Positions 9,680 to 20,411 of a stretch of 64,000 bases of DNA are shown here, in pieces (positions within the stretch are counted from its first letter, which is position 1; every line of letters begins with the position of its first letter). The translations under genes and the position numbers were made by a program. Below the pieces are notes generated by a model, which was given only the letters and a program-made list of their open reading frames with translations, made no database searches and was not told the origin of the DNA. The stretch is from an uncultured Puniceicoccaceae bacterium. Its GTDB lineage: Bacteria > Verrucomicrobiota > Verrucomicrobiia > Opitutales > Oceanipulchritudinaceae. Location: the NCBI GenBank assembly GCA_963933835.1, contig CAWVVV010000002.1:64001-128000 (forward strand), in the 5' to 3' direction.

Positions 9680-11020
9680 CTAGTTTTTACTCGTTTTCGG
9701 ATCGATGGCATCGCGCAGCCCATCACCGAGAAAGCTTAGGCAAAAGAGTGTTAGGGAGAAGAAGACGGCAGGAAATATCAGCGTCCAGGGATATACATCC
9801 ATCCGATCGGCGCCTTCGCTAATGAGAGAGCCCCAAGAGCTGAGGGGGGCTTGCACACCGAGGCCCAGAAACGACAAGACACTTTCCAGAAGCATCACTG
9901 CCGGAATCGTCAGCGTTGCGAGGACGATCACGGGCCCAAGCGTATTGGGAATTAAATACCGCAGGACAATCTTCCAGAATGGAAGCCCGAGCATGCGGGC
10001 CGCTTCAAGGAATTCTTGTCCTTTTAGAGTGAGCACTTGCGCTCGTACCACCCGCGCCATCGTAAGCCATTCAACCGCACCAATGGCGAGGAAGAGCAAC
10101 CAAAGACTCCGCTCAAAAACGGTCATGAGAAGGATGACAAAAATCGTAAAGGGCAGCGAATAGAGGATATCGACGATTCGCATCATAAGGTTGTCCACTG
10201 CCCCACCGACGTAGCCACTGATCGACCCGTAGAGAACCCCAATGATGAGCGCAACCAGCGCAGCCACGACACCGACCCCTAGGGAAACTCTCCCTCCAAC
10301 GAGGACGCGCACGAGAAGATCCCTCCCGAGCTCATCGGTACCAAACCAGTGACGCTCGCCACTCAAAGTGTAGATGAGGGGCACTCCCATGCCCTCCAAG
10401 GAGAGCGGATCACCTTCAAGGACTTCTTCTAGCGGCTTTGATGCACTCGCAAAAGCGCTACGCACGATCGAACGAATTTCATCGAGAGCGGAACGCAGGA
10501 CGACACGTTCCTCGCTATCCAAATCATAAATCGCGGTGCCTAAATCCGTCAGTCTTAACTCAGCCTCAGTCAGTGTGGATTGAGAGAGTTGAGCGCCCAG
10601 TGTCTCTGAGTCAGTGAAAGTAAAGCCGAGGTCGGCCAAACCCAATTGAACTAAGGGGGAACCGGCGGCCGTAAGCTCACTCCTTACTTGGTTTGAAATT
10701 TCGGGAAAAAGTCTATCGAGCGAAACCTTATCACCTAATTCTGATACAAAATGGCTGAACCCGAGCTGCCCATTCGAGGGATGATCGACGACTGACAGAT
10801 GCGCCCGCTCAATGATCCGTTCCATCGGCCGCGTGGCTCCGAGGCCTAGATTTCCATCGGCGAAGCCATAAGGAGACAAAAGCGGCCCGATCAAAGCAGA
10901 GAGAACCAATCCGAGCAGCACCACTCCACTTCCGAGTGCCATGCGATTTTGGCGCAAGCGCAACCAAGCGTCCTTCCATAGGGACGCTCCAAGCTCGATC
11001 TCTGTGGGAGGCGTAGGCAT
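9680..11020 (-). CDS. oppC: Oligopeptide ABC transporter permease with a large periplasmic insertion
   Basis: SLWKDAWLRLRQNRMA, HWFGTDELGRD, EAA loop EFLEAARMLG, FLGDGLRDAIDPK. Confidence 0.92.
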   Translation of the reverse strand: MPTPPTEIELGASLWKDAWLRLRQNRMALGSGVVLLGLVLSALIGPLLSPYGFADGNLGLGATRPMERIIERAHLSVVDHPSNGQLGFSHFVSELGDKVSLDRLFPEISNQVRSELTAAGSPLVQLGLADLGFTFTDSETLGAQLSQSTLTEAELRLTDLGTAIYDLDSEERVVLRSALDEIRSIVRSAFASASKPLEEVLEGDPLSLEGMGVPLIYTLSGERHWFGTDELGRDLLVRVLVGGRVSLGVGVVAALVALIIGVLYGSISGYVGGAVDNLMMRIVDILYSLPFTIFVILLMTVFERSLWLLFLAIGAVEWLTMARVVRAQVLTLKGQEFLEAARMLGLPFWKIVLRYLIPNTLGPVIVLATLTIPAVMLLESVLSFLGLGVQAPLSSWGSLISEGADRMDVYPWTLIFPAVFFSLTLFCLSFLGDGLRDAIDPKTSKN

Positions 11021-11940
11021 CAGAGTTGTGAGCGAAGACGCGGGTTAAGCCATGCCTGAAGTAGGTCGACGAGCAGATTAAGCAGAACAATGAGAACGGC
11101 GTAAACGAGGACGGTCCCCATCACGACGGTGTAGTCCCGATTGAAGGCACTGTTGATAAAAAACCGGCCAAGTCCGGGGATGAAGAAAATCGTCTCAATG
11201 ACAAAAGAGCCGGTCACCAGCCCTGCCAATGCTGGACCCATAAACGTAATGACAGGCTGGATACCTCCGATAAGGGCATGACGCAGGACAACGGTAGATT
11301 CCTTCAAACCCTTAGCTCGTGCGGTCAGAATGTAGTCCTGATCAAGAACTTCTAGCATGCCCCCACGCGTTAGCCGGGCAACGTAGGCGGCGTAGAAGAG
11401 CCCCAGCGTCGCCGCAGGCAGGATACGGTCGGCGGCGTAGACCCACCCGATCGGGTTAAGCCAGCTCAAGGTGAGTGAAAAAATGAGGATCAGGAGTGGG
11501 CCCATGACAAAGGTCGGGAGGCAAATCCCCACCATCGCCAAGCTCATCGGAATATAATCGAGCAAGGTATTCCGCCGCATCGCGGCAAAGATACCGACGG
11601 GCAAGCCGAAGCCCAAGGCAACGACTAGCGACCACATTGCGAGTTCCAACGAAACCGGGAATCCAGCCGCAATGAGTTCATTCACCGTTCTGCCAGGATA
11701 CTTAAACGAGGGCCCAAGGTCTCCCTGCAGTAGATTCGCCAAATTCCGACCATATTGAACAAGCAAAGGCTCATTCAAGCCGTAGTAAGCATTAAGCTCC
11801 TCGATCACCTCTGCGGGGGCTGCCTTCTCATCATCGAAAGGCCCGCCCGGCGCGCTGCGAACGAGAAAAAAGGTCGCGAAGTGGATCACGAGAAGAACCG
11901 GAATGGCCTGAAGAAGCCTTCTGAGAAAGAATCCGAGCAT
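11020..11940 (-). CDS. oppB: Oligopeptide ABC transporter permease
   Basis: APGGPF, GDLGPSFKY, DYILTARAKGL, PGLGRFF, NRDY. Confidence 0.95.
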   Translation of the reverse strand: MLGFFLRRLLQAIPVLLVIHFATFFLVRSAPGGPFDDEKAAPAEVIEELNAYYGLNEPLLVQYGRNLANLLQGDLGPSFKYPGRTVNELIAAGFPVSLELAMWSLVVALGFGLPVGIFAAMRRNTLLDYIPMSLAMVGICLPTFVMGPLLILIFSLTLSWLNPIGWVYAADRILPAATLGLFYAAYVARLTRGGMLEVLDQDYILTARAKGLKESTVVLRHALIGGIQPVITFMGPALAGLVTGSFVIETIFFIPGLGRFFINSAFNRDYTVVMGTVLVYAVLIVLLNLLVDLLQAWLNPRLRSQL

Positions 11941-13857
11941 CTATTCAAGCGGTTCGAGGTAAACGTACTTGTAGGGATGGCGGTCGAGCAGGTTTGGATA
12001 CCAGCCCTGCACACTCTCACGAATCAGCTTTGAAGAAACGTAGTAGTAGATCGGAAGGACAGGGAGCTCATCGAGCAGCACCGCCTCCGCCTGCTGGAAG
12101 AGCTCCATTCGTTCCTCCGGATCAAAACTCCGCGCAGCCCGATCCATCAGGCGATCGTACTCTGCGTTCTCAAATCCCGTCGAGTTATTGCCACTAGTGC
12201 TCAACCAAAGATCTAAGAACGTGCTCGGATCGAGATAGTCGCCAACCCAACCAGCGCGTCCGATATCGAACTCTATCCGATTTAAACTATCGAGGAAGAC
12301 CTTCCACTCCTGATTTTCGAGTATGATTTCAATGCCGAGCTCGTCTTTCCACATCTGCTGAATGATCTCGGCGATGCGTTTGTGCCCTTCGGATGTGTTG
12401 TAAAGCAGCTTGAGCTCGGGGAATCCCTCACCACCCGGATAGTCTGCCTCGACCAAGAGCTCACGGGCGCGCTCAGGATCATACGCCACCTTGTGCCTCG
12501 AATCGTAGCCTGCGGTATCTGGCGGCACGAAACTGTAGGCGGGCAGCTGTCCGCCACCGAGGAACCCTACAATCGCCTCTCGGTCGATCGAGTAGGCCAA
12601 GGCCTGTCGCACTCGTTTATCACTCATCGCCCTCCGTATCTCCAACTGATCCGATCCTGATCCCGCTTCAGGCGGTGACACATTCAAGCGGTAGTAGTAG
12701 ACTCCCAAATACGCATCGAAACGCTGGTTATTCGGATAGTGCTTTCGGTTAAATTCGATACGGTGCGCTGGAATTGTGCTGGTGACATGCACATATCCAT
12801 CCCGAAAAGCGCGCTGCTCGGTCTCGACGTTATCGATCGGGTAGAAGTAGATCTCGCGAAGGCGCATCGCTTCAGCGTCCCAATAGTCATCGCGCTTTAC
12901 GACGTGAAGATGTCGATTGATCTGCCAATCTTTGAGGCGATAGGGGCCGTTCGTGACAATGTTCTCCGGACGAGTCCAAGGCGAATCTCGCTGCGTTATA
13001 CCCCCATGCTTTTCAATCGTGGGTGGATGAACAGGATACCAAGAGTAGTGCGCAAGCATCCCAAGAAAGTATGCGGCCGGTTTCTCTAGCTCGATACGAA
13101 GGACAAAATCACTTTCAGCGATGACCCCCACACTGGCTGCTTCCCACAAATCATAGGGTTCTCTGCGAAATTGAACAAAGCGCTTTAAGATCTGTTCCCT
13201 AGTGGATGCGAGGAGCGCCGCAGGCCAGTCAAAGGCGAGCTCGCCACTGCCTAGTTGCTCAAGCTCTTCGAGACTCAGCTGATCAAGTCCTTTGGAATTG
13301 AGCGGATTCTCCGAGGTCGGATTCGGTCGAAAATCGACGCACGCTAAGTCGGCCCAGAGCACCGGAAACGCTTGGTCTTTGCCAAAAAGAATGCGCCCGA
13401 GAAAGCTACGGTTGTAGGCTTCGGCGTTGTCCATGAGGTAGAGCAAGTAGGCATATTTGGCCGCCATTTTCGGATTCAGCATCCGATGATAGGCGTATTC
13501 GTAGTCACTCGCTCTGACCGGATCTCCATTGCTCCACGTCGCATCGGGACGCAGATAAAAAGTGTAGGTTAAACCGTCCGGTGAAATTTCCCAATGCTCT
13601 GCACTGCTATCGGCGAGCGGCGCAATCGTTCTCGGATGGATACCGACGAGCCCCTCAAAAAGCGCCGAGATGATGTTATTCTCGCTCACACCGGTGACGA
13701 TGTGCGGATCAACGCCCTCCGGCTCAGTTCCATTTGCGTAATGGAAAACTTGATACTGATCACCTGTCTCGACATTCGAGATGCGCGCCTGCGCCCCCAT
13801 CACCCAAAGGGAGAGGAGCGAAACAAAGAAAGCGCTGCGCCAGCTAAAAAAATTCAA
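11941..13857 (-). CDS. oppA: Oligopeptide ABC transporter substrate-binding protein
   Basis: NGTEPEGVDP, LFEGL, DGLTYTFYLR..ATWSNGDPV, NGPYRL, RAGWVGDYLDP; TTG start. Confidence 0.93.
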   Translation of the reverse strand: MNFFSWRSAFFVSLLSLWVMGAQARISNVETGDQYQVFHYANGTEPEGVDPHIVTGVSENNIISALFEGLVGIHPRTIAPLADSSAEHWEISPDGLTYTFYLRPDATWSNGDPVRASDYEYAYHRMLNPKMAAKYAYLLYLMDNAEAYNRSFLGRILFGKDQAFPVLWADLACVDFRPNPTSENPLNSKGLDQLSLEELEQLGSGELAFDWPAALLASTREQILKRFVQFRREPYDLWEAASVGVIAESDFVLRIELEKPAAYFLGMLAHYSWYPVHPPTIEKHGGITQRDSPWTRPENIVTNGPYRLKDWQINRHLHVVKRDDYWDAEAMRLREIYFYPIDNVETEQRAFRDGYVHVTSTIPAHRIEFNRKHYPNNQRFDAYLGVYYYRLNVSPPEAGSGSDQLEIRRAMSDKRVRQALAYSIDREAIVGFLGGGQLPAYSFVPPDTAGYDSRHKVAYDPERARELLVEADYPGGEGFPELKLLYNTSEGHKRIAEIIQQMWKDELGIEIILENQEWKVFLDSLNRIEFDIGRAGWVGDYLDPSTFLDLWLSTSGNNSTGFENAEYDRLMDRAARSFDPEERMELFQQAEAVLLDELPVLPIYYYVSSKLIRESVQGWYPNLLDRHPYKYVYLEPLE

Positions 13858-13932
13858 CGGTTTGAGATTGAGTGCTCCAAAATGAAAAGCAAATGGATTG
13901 CCGAATAGACTGACCAGCTCAAGTTCATCTCT

Positions 13933-15834
13933 ATGTTCCCGAACATCCGCACTAGCCCGATTAGAGCCATAGCGTTCTCAGTCCTCATTTTCGCCACCGC
14001 AGGAGGGCTCCAAAGCAAGGTCCTCATCACGGAGGCTGATCAACTACCCCGCATCGCCTACCCTTTTGAAGGCAAGGTTCTCGATTTGATCGAGGATGAG
14101 GATGCCCTTGGGAGTTTTCTCGATGAGGCTCAGACCGAGATTGAGGCTCAACTCGACCGTTTTGATATCCAAGACCAGGCGACTGTCCGGCGTTATACCC
14201 AAATGCTGCGCACCTTCAGGATTCTCGACGGCGACCATGAAGCTGGACTGAACCTTCTGCTCGAGATTCGTGCCCTTCAAGATAAGCCTGCGGAGAAACT
14301 GACTTCGGGCCTTATTTCCGAGGCCCTTTTGCGAGCCTATATTGAAGACAAATTGAAGCCAGGCGCAGAGGGCGTCACGGCTGCCTTTGCCGAGCGCTAC
14401 ACGCCGGCAGTCGATCAGCTGCCATGGGAGATCGTCCAAGACAGTATCGAGCAGACCAATGGCGCTTTTCGCTACGTTTCGAAGAACCTCTACTATGGCT
14501 CGCTGGAGAGCAGCATGCAGGTAAGCGTCGACCAAAACGGGACCCTTTCGCTCGGCGATGTCTACCAGCTCGCGTCGATCAAATACATGGTCACACAAAT
14601 TCTTCCGTTGGCCGAAAAGACGTTTGAGATTACTAGTGCCTACATTGCTGCTAACCGCGTTGAGAAGGCTGACATCTGGATCGCCCGCAGGGTCGATCTT
14701 TCGAGCGAAGAAGAGCTCAGTCCGGTCGTCATCGCGGTCTGGGACAGCGGTGTGGATGCCGACATCTTTCTTCCACTAGGCCAGATGTGGGTCAATTCAG
14801 CCGAAGTCGTCGATGGCACTGACAGCGATGGCAATGGCTTTGTCGATGACCTCTACGGCCCTTCTTGGGATCTCAACAGCCGTCGTGCGGTCGGCAGCCT
14901 CTACCCTCTTAGCGAGGAGGAACTCGCCGCCTATCCAGAGAATCTCGATTTCACCAAGGGTCTGATCGATCTCGGGGCAGCGGTTGATTCTGAATACGCT
15001 CAGGCGACCGCAAAAACAATGTCCACGCTTGAGCGCGACGAAGTGAAAGCGTTCCAAGAACGCATCGGGCTCTATGGCAACTACACTCATGGAACCCACG
15101 TTGCGGGCATCACCGCAGCCGGAAACCCAGCAGCCCAGATCCTGAGCACCCGCATCACCTTCGGGCACACCGTGATCCCTGAGGAACCCACTCTCGCCGA
15201 AGCCATTCGCGGTGCCGCCGAGGCCGGAAAGACGATCGCATATTTTAAGGAGGCTGGAGTGCGCGTCGTAAATATGAGCTGGGGTGGCTCGCAGGCAGGC
15301 TTTGAACACGCCTTGGAGGCCAATGGAATCGGCGATGATCCCGAGCAGCGCGCAGAGATCTCACGCGTGCTCTTTGAAATCGGTTACGACGCACTCTACG
15401 AGGCGATGGCAAGCGCGCCTGAGATTCTCTTCATCGCCGCTGCCGGAAATTCCGATGGCGACGTGGATTTCAACAAGGTCATCCCCTCTTCAATCGAGCT
15501 GCCGAATGTCATGGTCGTAGGCGCAGTCGATCAGGCCGGTGATGAAACGAGTTTCACTAGCTACGGGAAAAACATCAGTGCCCATGCCAATGGCTTTGAA
15601 GTCGAAAGTTACGTCCCGGGTGGCCGCACCCTAGCCTACTCTGGCACCTCGATGGCCTCGCCCAATGTGGCCAATCTCGCGGGCAAGCTCATCGCCCTTG
15701 ATCCAAGCCTGACTCCGCGCGAAGTGATCAGTCTGATCAGACTTGGAACAGAAACCTCCGAAGACGGACGCCGCTTTCTCATTCACCCGCGAAAATCGGT
15801 GGAGATGCTTAGGCAGCGCCTTACGAGCAAATAG
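13933..15834 (+). CDS. Secreted S8 (subtilisin-like) serine peptidase
   Basis: Signal peptide; catalytic triad motifs WDSGVD, HGTHVAG, GTSMASP; oxyanion motif AAAGN. Confidence 0.93.
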   Translation: MFPNIRTSPIRAIAFSVLIFATAGGLQSKVLITEADQLPRIAYPFEGKVLDLIEDEDALGSFLDEAQTEIEAQLDRFDIQDQATVRRYTQMLRTFRILDGDHEAGLNLLLEIRALQDKPAEKLTSGLISEALLRAYIEDKLKPGAEGVTAAFAERYTPAVDQLPWEIVQDSIEQTNGAFRYVSKNLYYGSLESSMQVSVDQNGTLSLGDVYQLASIKYMVTQILPLAEKTFEITSAYIAANRVEKADIWIARRVDLSSEEELSPVVIAVWDSGVDADIFLPLGQMWVNSAEVVDGTDSDGNGFVDDLYGPSWDLNSRRAVGSLYPLSEEELAAYPENLDFTKGLIDLGAAVDSEYAQATAKTMSTLERDEVKAFQERIGLYGNYTHGTHVAGITAAGNPAAQILSTRITFGHTVIPEEPTLAEAIRGAAEAGKTIAYFKEAGVRVVNMSWGGSQAGFEHALEANGIGDDPEQRAEISRVLFEIGYDALYEAMASAPEILFIAAAGNSDGDVDFNKVIPSSIELPNVMVVGAVDQAGDETSFTSYGKNISAHANGFEVESYVPGGRTLAYSGTSMASPNVANLAGKLIALDPSLTPREVISLIRLGTETSEDGRRFLIHPRKSVEMLRQRLTSK

Positions 15835-17096
15835 CAGATCAAGCGCAAGGCACCGTGCGCTACGGCAGGCAGATTTTCTTCTGAAGATTGAGCATCGATC
15901 TTATCTTCGAGGCCCAGCTTCTTAAGGTATTTGCGATCAAAGGTGCTTCCAGCAGGCACGCGGCCCCCTGATTTACGCTCATGCTCAAGCGCATTGGCAA
16001 GGTGCACGGCGGTGAGAACGCTCGCGGACTCGCAAGGGCTCTTCATCGGATCGTGGTGCAAAGCAACGGCTTCGACGGTGGTACTCGGAAGCCCCCAAAG
16101 GTTAAGCAGATAGGCACCAGCCTCAGCGTGGGAAGCTCCCATAAGCTGCCGCTCTACCCTGTGCCGAGGCAACCCTTCACTCGATGCGATTTGGTTCGCC
16201 TGGACGTGTTCGCGGTGGCGATAGACGCTGAGAATGAGGTCCCCAATATCATGGAGAAGCCCTGCGGTGAAAGTTTCCTGGCGGAAGGCGTCTCCGTTGG
16301 GCAGAAAGCGGACAACAGCCTGCGATAGGCGACCCACTGCTAGCGAGTGCTTCCAATAGCTATGGATCGAAAGGAAAATGCCCCCTTGCTGCTCGAACTG
16401 CGAGAAAACGCCCGAAAGGAGCACAAGGGATTGAAGTATTTCAATACCCAGTAGGCGGCTCGCTTCACCGACGTCAGCGATCTTATTCGGGAGGCCAAAG
16501 AAACCGGAGTTTACGAGCTGTAGAACCTTTGCCGCGATCGCTGGGTCCATTTCGATCGATTTGACAAGAGCCTCGACGTTCGGGTCCTTCGATCGCAGCT
16601 CGCGGGTGATATCGAGATAAAGTGATGGCAGGCTCGGCAGGCTCTTGATGCCGCCTACGAGTGAACGCAGACTAGGCGAAGAGACAATATTGCGCAGATT
16701 AAGGGCGCGGTTGATCGCTTCGAGAAATTCCGCCGGAGGACTATTCTTCGAGATAAACTGATGGGCCGCTGATGCAGCTGAAACTGCCATCCGGCGATCG
16801 GCTTGGTCTGCCGTTAATATTCGGATCGTCGAAGGATCTTTCTCAGCAATCATCTCGAGCGCTTCGAGCCCGGTCTGCTCTGAGGAAATATTGAAGTCCG
16901 AGATGACGACATCGGCAGAAAACGAATCCAGAAGACTGAGTCCCTCGGCTGAGCTCCCAACGACGCGAAAATCCCATTCATCGGCGAGATCTGGGTGAGT
17001 ACGCTGAAGCGAGCGCATGAGCGCCGAATCACCATCTAGGATCAGAACCTTCACTTCGGTTGAGATCTTCTTTTCGACTGGAACAAGAGTTGCCAC
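15783..17096 (-). CDS. Response regulator with receiver + HDOD domain
   Basis: REC (DVVISDF, AHQFISK) followed by HDOD (LPSLPSLY, DPAIAAKVLQLVNSGFFGL, GLLHDIG, HAEAGAYLLNLWGLP). Confidence 0.9.
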   Translation of the reverse strand: MATLVPVEKKISTEVKVLILDGDSALMRSLQRTHPDLADEWDFRVVGSSAEGLSLLDSFSADVVISDFNISSEQTGLEALEMIAEKDPSTIRILTADQADRRMAVSAASAAHQFISKNSPPAEFLEAINRALNLRNIVSSPSLRSLVGGIKSLPSLPSLYLDITRELRSKDPNVEALVKSIEMDPAIAAKVLQLVNSGFFGLPNKIADVGEASRLLGIEILQSLVLLSGVFSQFEQQGGIFLSIHSYWKHSLAVGRLSQAVVRFLPNGDAFRQETFTAGLLHDIGDLILSVYRHREHVQANQIASSEGLPRHRVERQLMGASHAEAGAYLLNLWGLPSTTVEAVALHHDPMKSPCESASVLTAVHLANALEHERKSGGRVPAGSTFDRKYLKKLGLEDKIDAQSSEENLPAVAHGALRLICYLLVRRCLSISTDFRG

Positions 17097-17337
17097 GATA
17101 TTACTAGATATTTCGGCTCTTCTGCTCCCGCTCTTAAGTCGTCTTTCATCTTATTTTACCGTGAATCCCTGATGAAATTGTAAAATACACACTACACGCC
17201 GAATCAAAGATGCGTATCTATCTAACCTATTTGCGATTTAAGATAAACAATTAAAGAATTTTGAACACACCTAGCACAGTCGATCGATCCGGCATTTGCT
17301 GATTTACAATCAAGCCGTTGTTAATAAGTTTCTTCTT

Positions 17338-17634
17338 ATGATCACGCCCACTACACCCATCGCATTCATTCAAGGCATAGGCGCTCCGGAACTTCTCGTC
17401 GTGTTCCTCATCGTGCTGCTTTTCTTTGGTGCGAAGCGGCTTCCTGAACTCGCACGCGGCTTGGGCAAGTCGATGAAAGAGTTCAAAAAGGCGACTCAAG
17501 AGGTGCAGGAAGACTTCCAGGAAGCAATGGATACGGTAGATCCGTCAAAACCAGAAAAGCCGGTCGTAAATAAGCCGGCAGCCAATACGCAGCCCGCAAA
17601 CACGCCTGAGCAGGAAACGAGCGAAAAGGTCTAG
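17338..17634 (+). CDS. tatA: Twin-arginine translocase TatA/TatE subunit
   Basis: [38 protein letters not shown]. Confidence 0.93.
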   Translation: MITPTTPIAFIQGIGAPELLVVFLIVLLFFGAKRLPELARGLGKSMKEFKKATQEVQEDFQEAMDTVDPSKPEKPVVNKPAANTQPANTPEQETSEKV

Positions 17635-17655
17635 CTCTGGCTACGCCAGCCTCCC

Positions 17656-18162
17656 CTACAGGAGCGCGTCGATTTCCGAAAGGAGCCCTGCAATCTCTAA
17701 AGGCTCCAAATCAATCAACGGGACTACGAGGTCCCGCTTTTCCGGCATATACCGGTAATGACCACGCCGATTCGCGAGCGGCTTAAGCACACGCCGGCGC
17801 TCGAGCATGACCGTGATGAGATTAAGGAAAACGAGGCGCTCCCGCTTCATTGATCCCGGCTCATCACCTTCGGTCGATTTTACTTCTTCGATCAGGCCGA
17901 GAAAGATTTCTTCCGCCGTCGCAAGTGATCGACGATTTTCATCGGAATCCGACGCCGGCTTGAATCGGTGACGCCAGCGACAAAAGACAGGCCCCGGCGC
18001 CGTCCAGTCCGAACGTTCTTCTTCGCGCAGATCAGCCCTTTCCAGAACACCCTCTTCTCCCCGATAAAGAATGCACTCAACTTCTTCGTCTTCAGCAAAC
18101 GCCACTCCGGAGACGGTCGACTGCTTTGCCACTCTTCTGATCGATATTCCCATTTTTCCCAT
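17656..18162 (-). CDS. Hypothetical protein
   Basis: 168 aa ORF with protein-like composition (ATAEEIFLGL...MLERRRVLKP) filling the gap between tatA and the phosphoesterase. Confidence 0.7.
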   Translation of the reverse strand: MGKMGISIRRVAKQSTVSGVAFAEDEEVECILYRGEEGVLERADLREEERSDWTAPGPVFCRWRHRFKPASDSDENRRSLATAEEIFLGLIEEVKSTEGDEPGSMKRERLVFLNLITVMLERRRVLKPLANRRGHYRYMPEKRDLVVPLIDLEPLEIAGLLSEIDALL

Positions 18163-18224
18163 TGCCGGATAAACCCGACCCTAGAGCATACGCAGGACGA
18201 CGGACTCCGTCGCAATCGAAATTT

Positions 18225-18896
18225 ATGTCACAGCGCACAGTCATCATAGGAGATGTCCACGGATGTATCGAAGAACTGGATCGTCTCCTCAAAAAGCTTT
18301 CGCTTGGACCAAAAGACCGCCTCATCTTCGCTGGTGATCTAGTCAACAAAGGTCCGGCGACGATCGCAGTGCTTAAACGGGCACGTGAATTGAAGGCAGA
18401 ATGCGTCTTAGGGAATCACGAAATCCGGCTCCTACGCTACCGCCAGGGCGAAAACTTCAAAACACAGCGACTGAAAGACATCAAGACGGCCCTTAAACTC
18501 ACCGAGGCCGATTGGGCATACCTCGAGGCCATGCCACTGCACATCGAACTGCCTGAACACAATGCGATCGTTGTGCACGGCGGCTTTCTCCCCGGTATTC
18601 CATGGCGCAAACAAGGCGAGGAAATCATTACGCGCATTCAGACAATCGACGAAAACAACGAGGCATGCAAACGGACGAAAGCACCTGACGTGCGCTATTG
18701 GGCCGAGAGCTGGGAAGGCCCTGAGTTCGTGATCTATGGCCACACCCCGCGGAGGGAGATATACAAAATGCGTGATTCGATCGGCCTCGACACTGGTTGT
18801 GTCTACGGTGGACACCTCTCGGCGCTCACCCTCCCCGAACGCTCCATCACCCAAGTGAAGGCTGGGCAGGCCTACGAAGCCTCGGCGAAATTTTAG
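18225..18896 (+). CDS. Metallophosphoesterase (ApaH/PrpE-like)
   Basis: IIGDVHGC, GDLVNKGP, LGNHE, VHGG, YGHTP, GLDTGCVYGG. Confidence 0.92.
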   Translation: MSQRTVIIGDVHGCIEELDRLLKKLSLGPKDRLIFAGDLVNKGPATIAVLKRARELKAECVLGNHEIRLLRYRQGENFKTQRLKDIKTALKLTEADWAYLEAMPLHIELPEHNAIVVHGGFLPGIPWRKQGEEIITRIQTIDENNEACKRTKAPDVRYWAESWEGPEFVIYGHTPRREIYKMRDSIGLDTGCVYGGHLSALTLPERSITQVKAGQAYEASAKF

Positions 18897-18996
18897 ATTT
18901 GGTATTAGAGAGCGTATTCAGAGTTGCGCCCGGCGACCAACTTAGGCCCATTGGATGGGACAGACCCTCGGGCAAATACCAAACTGGTAACGACTG

Positions 18997-20406
18997 ATGA
19001 TCAAGCACACGCCCCGTCCAAACACTCCGCCAGATGGCCAGCCATTGATCGACGCCTACACGATCGATGAGCTCCTGCACTGGCCGCGCGAAGCGCTCGA
19101 TAAACTCGACCCGGCTCGCCTCAAGGAAACTTCGGACTTCAGCATCGCGCAGCTCCTTGAGCGCATCGATCTCGACGAAGCACGCGATCTCCTGCGCCAG
19201 CTAAGCGTCGAGCGCGTTTCGGACATCCTCTCAGAGACGGACGACGAATCAGCGGCGGAGATTCTCTCTTCAATCCGGGAGCAACGCGCGACGCGCATTC
19301 TAGATAATTTCGATCCGGATGATGCCGCCGACATTGTCGCCGAAATGGCAGACGATGATCGCGAGCGCCTAATGGACACGCTCGACGACGTAGATCGCGA
19401 GGCGATTGAGACCCTCCTGACTTACGATCCGGAGACAGCCGGGGGCCTGATGACGACTGATCTCGATCTCGTCCTGCAGGACATGACGATCGATCGGGCG
19501 ATCACTGAAATCCGCAAAATCGCGGAGAATCACGAGGATCTGCACTATGTCTACGTAGTTGATGGCGAAAATCGCTTCCTCGGCACCGTGTCATTGCGCA
19601 AGCTGATTCAGGCACAGCCTCAACAGCGGCTCGCAGACATCATGCGCACGAACATCCGAAGCGTGGCCCATGCAGACATGGACCAAGAAGATGTCGCCCA
19701 GCGGATGGCGGAACACAACCTGCTCGATATGGCGGTCGTCGATGAGGGGAATCACCTTCTCGGCATCATCACTCACGATGATATTTTGGACGTCGTTCAG
19801 GAAGAAGCGACGGAGGATATCCTTATCATGGCGGGTGCGGGCGGCGATGAGACGGTCCATGACGACGTGCTCTACAGCGTGCGCAAGCGCCAGCCGTGGC
19901 TCTTTGTAAACCTAGGAACAGCATTCGTTGCCGCCTTTGTCGTCTATCTTTATCAGGATGAGATCAGTGCCCTTCCAATCCTTGCTGCACTGATGCCGAT
20001 CATCGCAGGCGTGGGCGGTAATAGCGGCCAACAAGCGCTCGCTGTAGCGATTAGAAGCCTCGCTCTCGGTCAGGTTCAGAAGGGCGAAGGGCGGCGCGTG
20101 ATTATAAAGCAAATGGCGATCGGCCTGATCAACGGCACCCTCGTTGGTTGCTTCGCTGCAGGCGCCGTTTTCCTCCTTTCACCAACCTTTCCCGAACGTG
20201 GACTGCTCAGCCTCGTTGTCCTCTTTGCGATGGTTCTAAATACGCTAACCGCAGGTTTGGCGGGAGCGTTCGTGCCCATTTTTCTCAGCAGTATCCGTCG
20301 TGATCCCGCCCAGAGCTCCAGTATCCTTCTCACCGCTATTACGGATACAGGTGGATTCTTTATCTTCCTCAGTCTCGGCAGCTGGCTACTCGAAATCTCT
20401 TCTTAA
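18997..20406 (+). CDS. mgtE: Magnesium transporter MgtE
   Basis: PDDAADI, YDPETAGGLMT, CBS pair, EEATEDI, GGNSGQQA, DPAQSS..LTAITD. Confidence 0.95.
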   Translation: MIKHTPRPNTPPDGQPLIDAYTIDELLHWPREALDKLDPARLKETSDFSIAQLLERIDLDEARDLLRQLSVERVSDILSETDDESAAEILSSIREQRATRILDNFDPDDAADIVAEMADDDRERLMDTLDDVDREAIETLLTYDPETAGGLMTTDLDLVLQDMTIDRAITEIRKIAENHEDLHYVYVVDGENRFLGTVSLRKLIQAQPQQRLADIMRTNIRSVAHADMDQEDVAQRMAEHNLLDMAVVDEGNHLLGIITHDDILDVVQEEATEDILIMAGAGGDETVHDDVLYSVRKRQPWLFVNLGTAFVAAFVVYLYQDEISALPILAALMPIIAGVGGNSGQQALAVAIRSLALGQVQKGEGRRVIIKQMAIGLINGTLVGCFAAGAVFLLSPTFPERGLLSLVVLFAMVLNTLTAGLAGAFVPIFLSSIRRDPAQSSSILLTAITDTGGFFIFLSLGSWLLEISS

Positions 20407-20411
20407 CCTAC

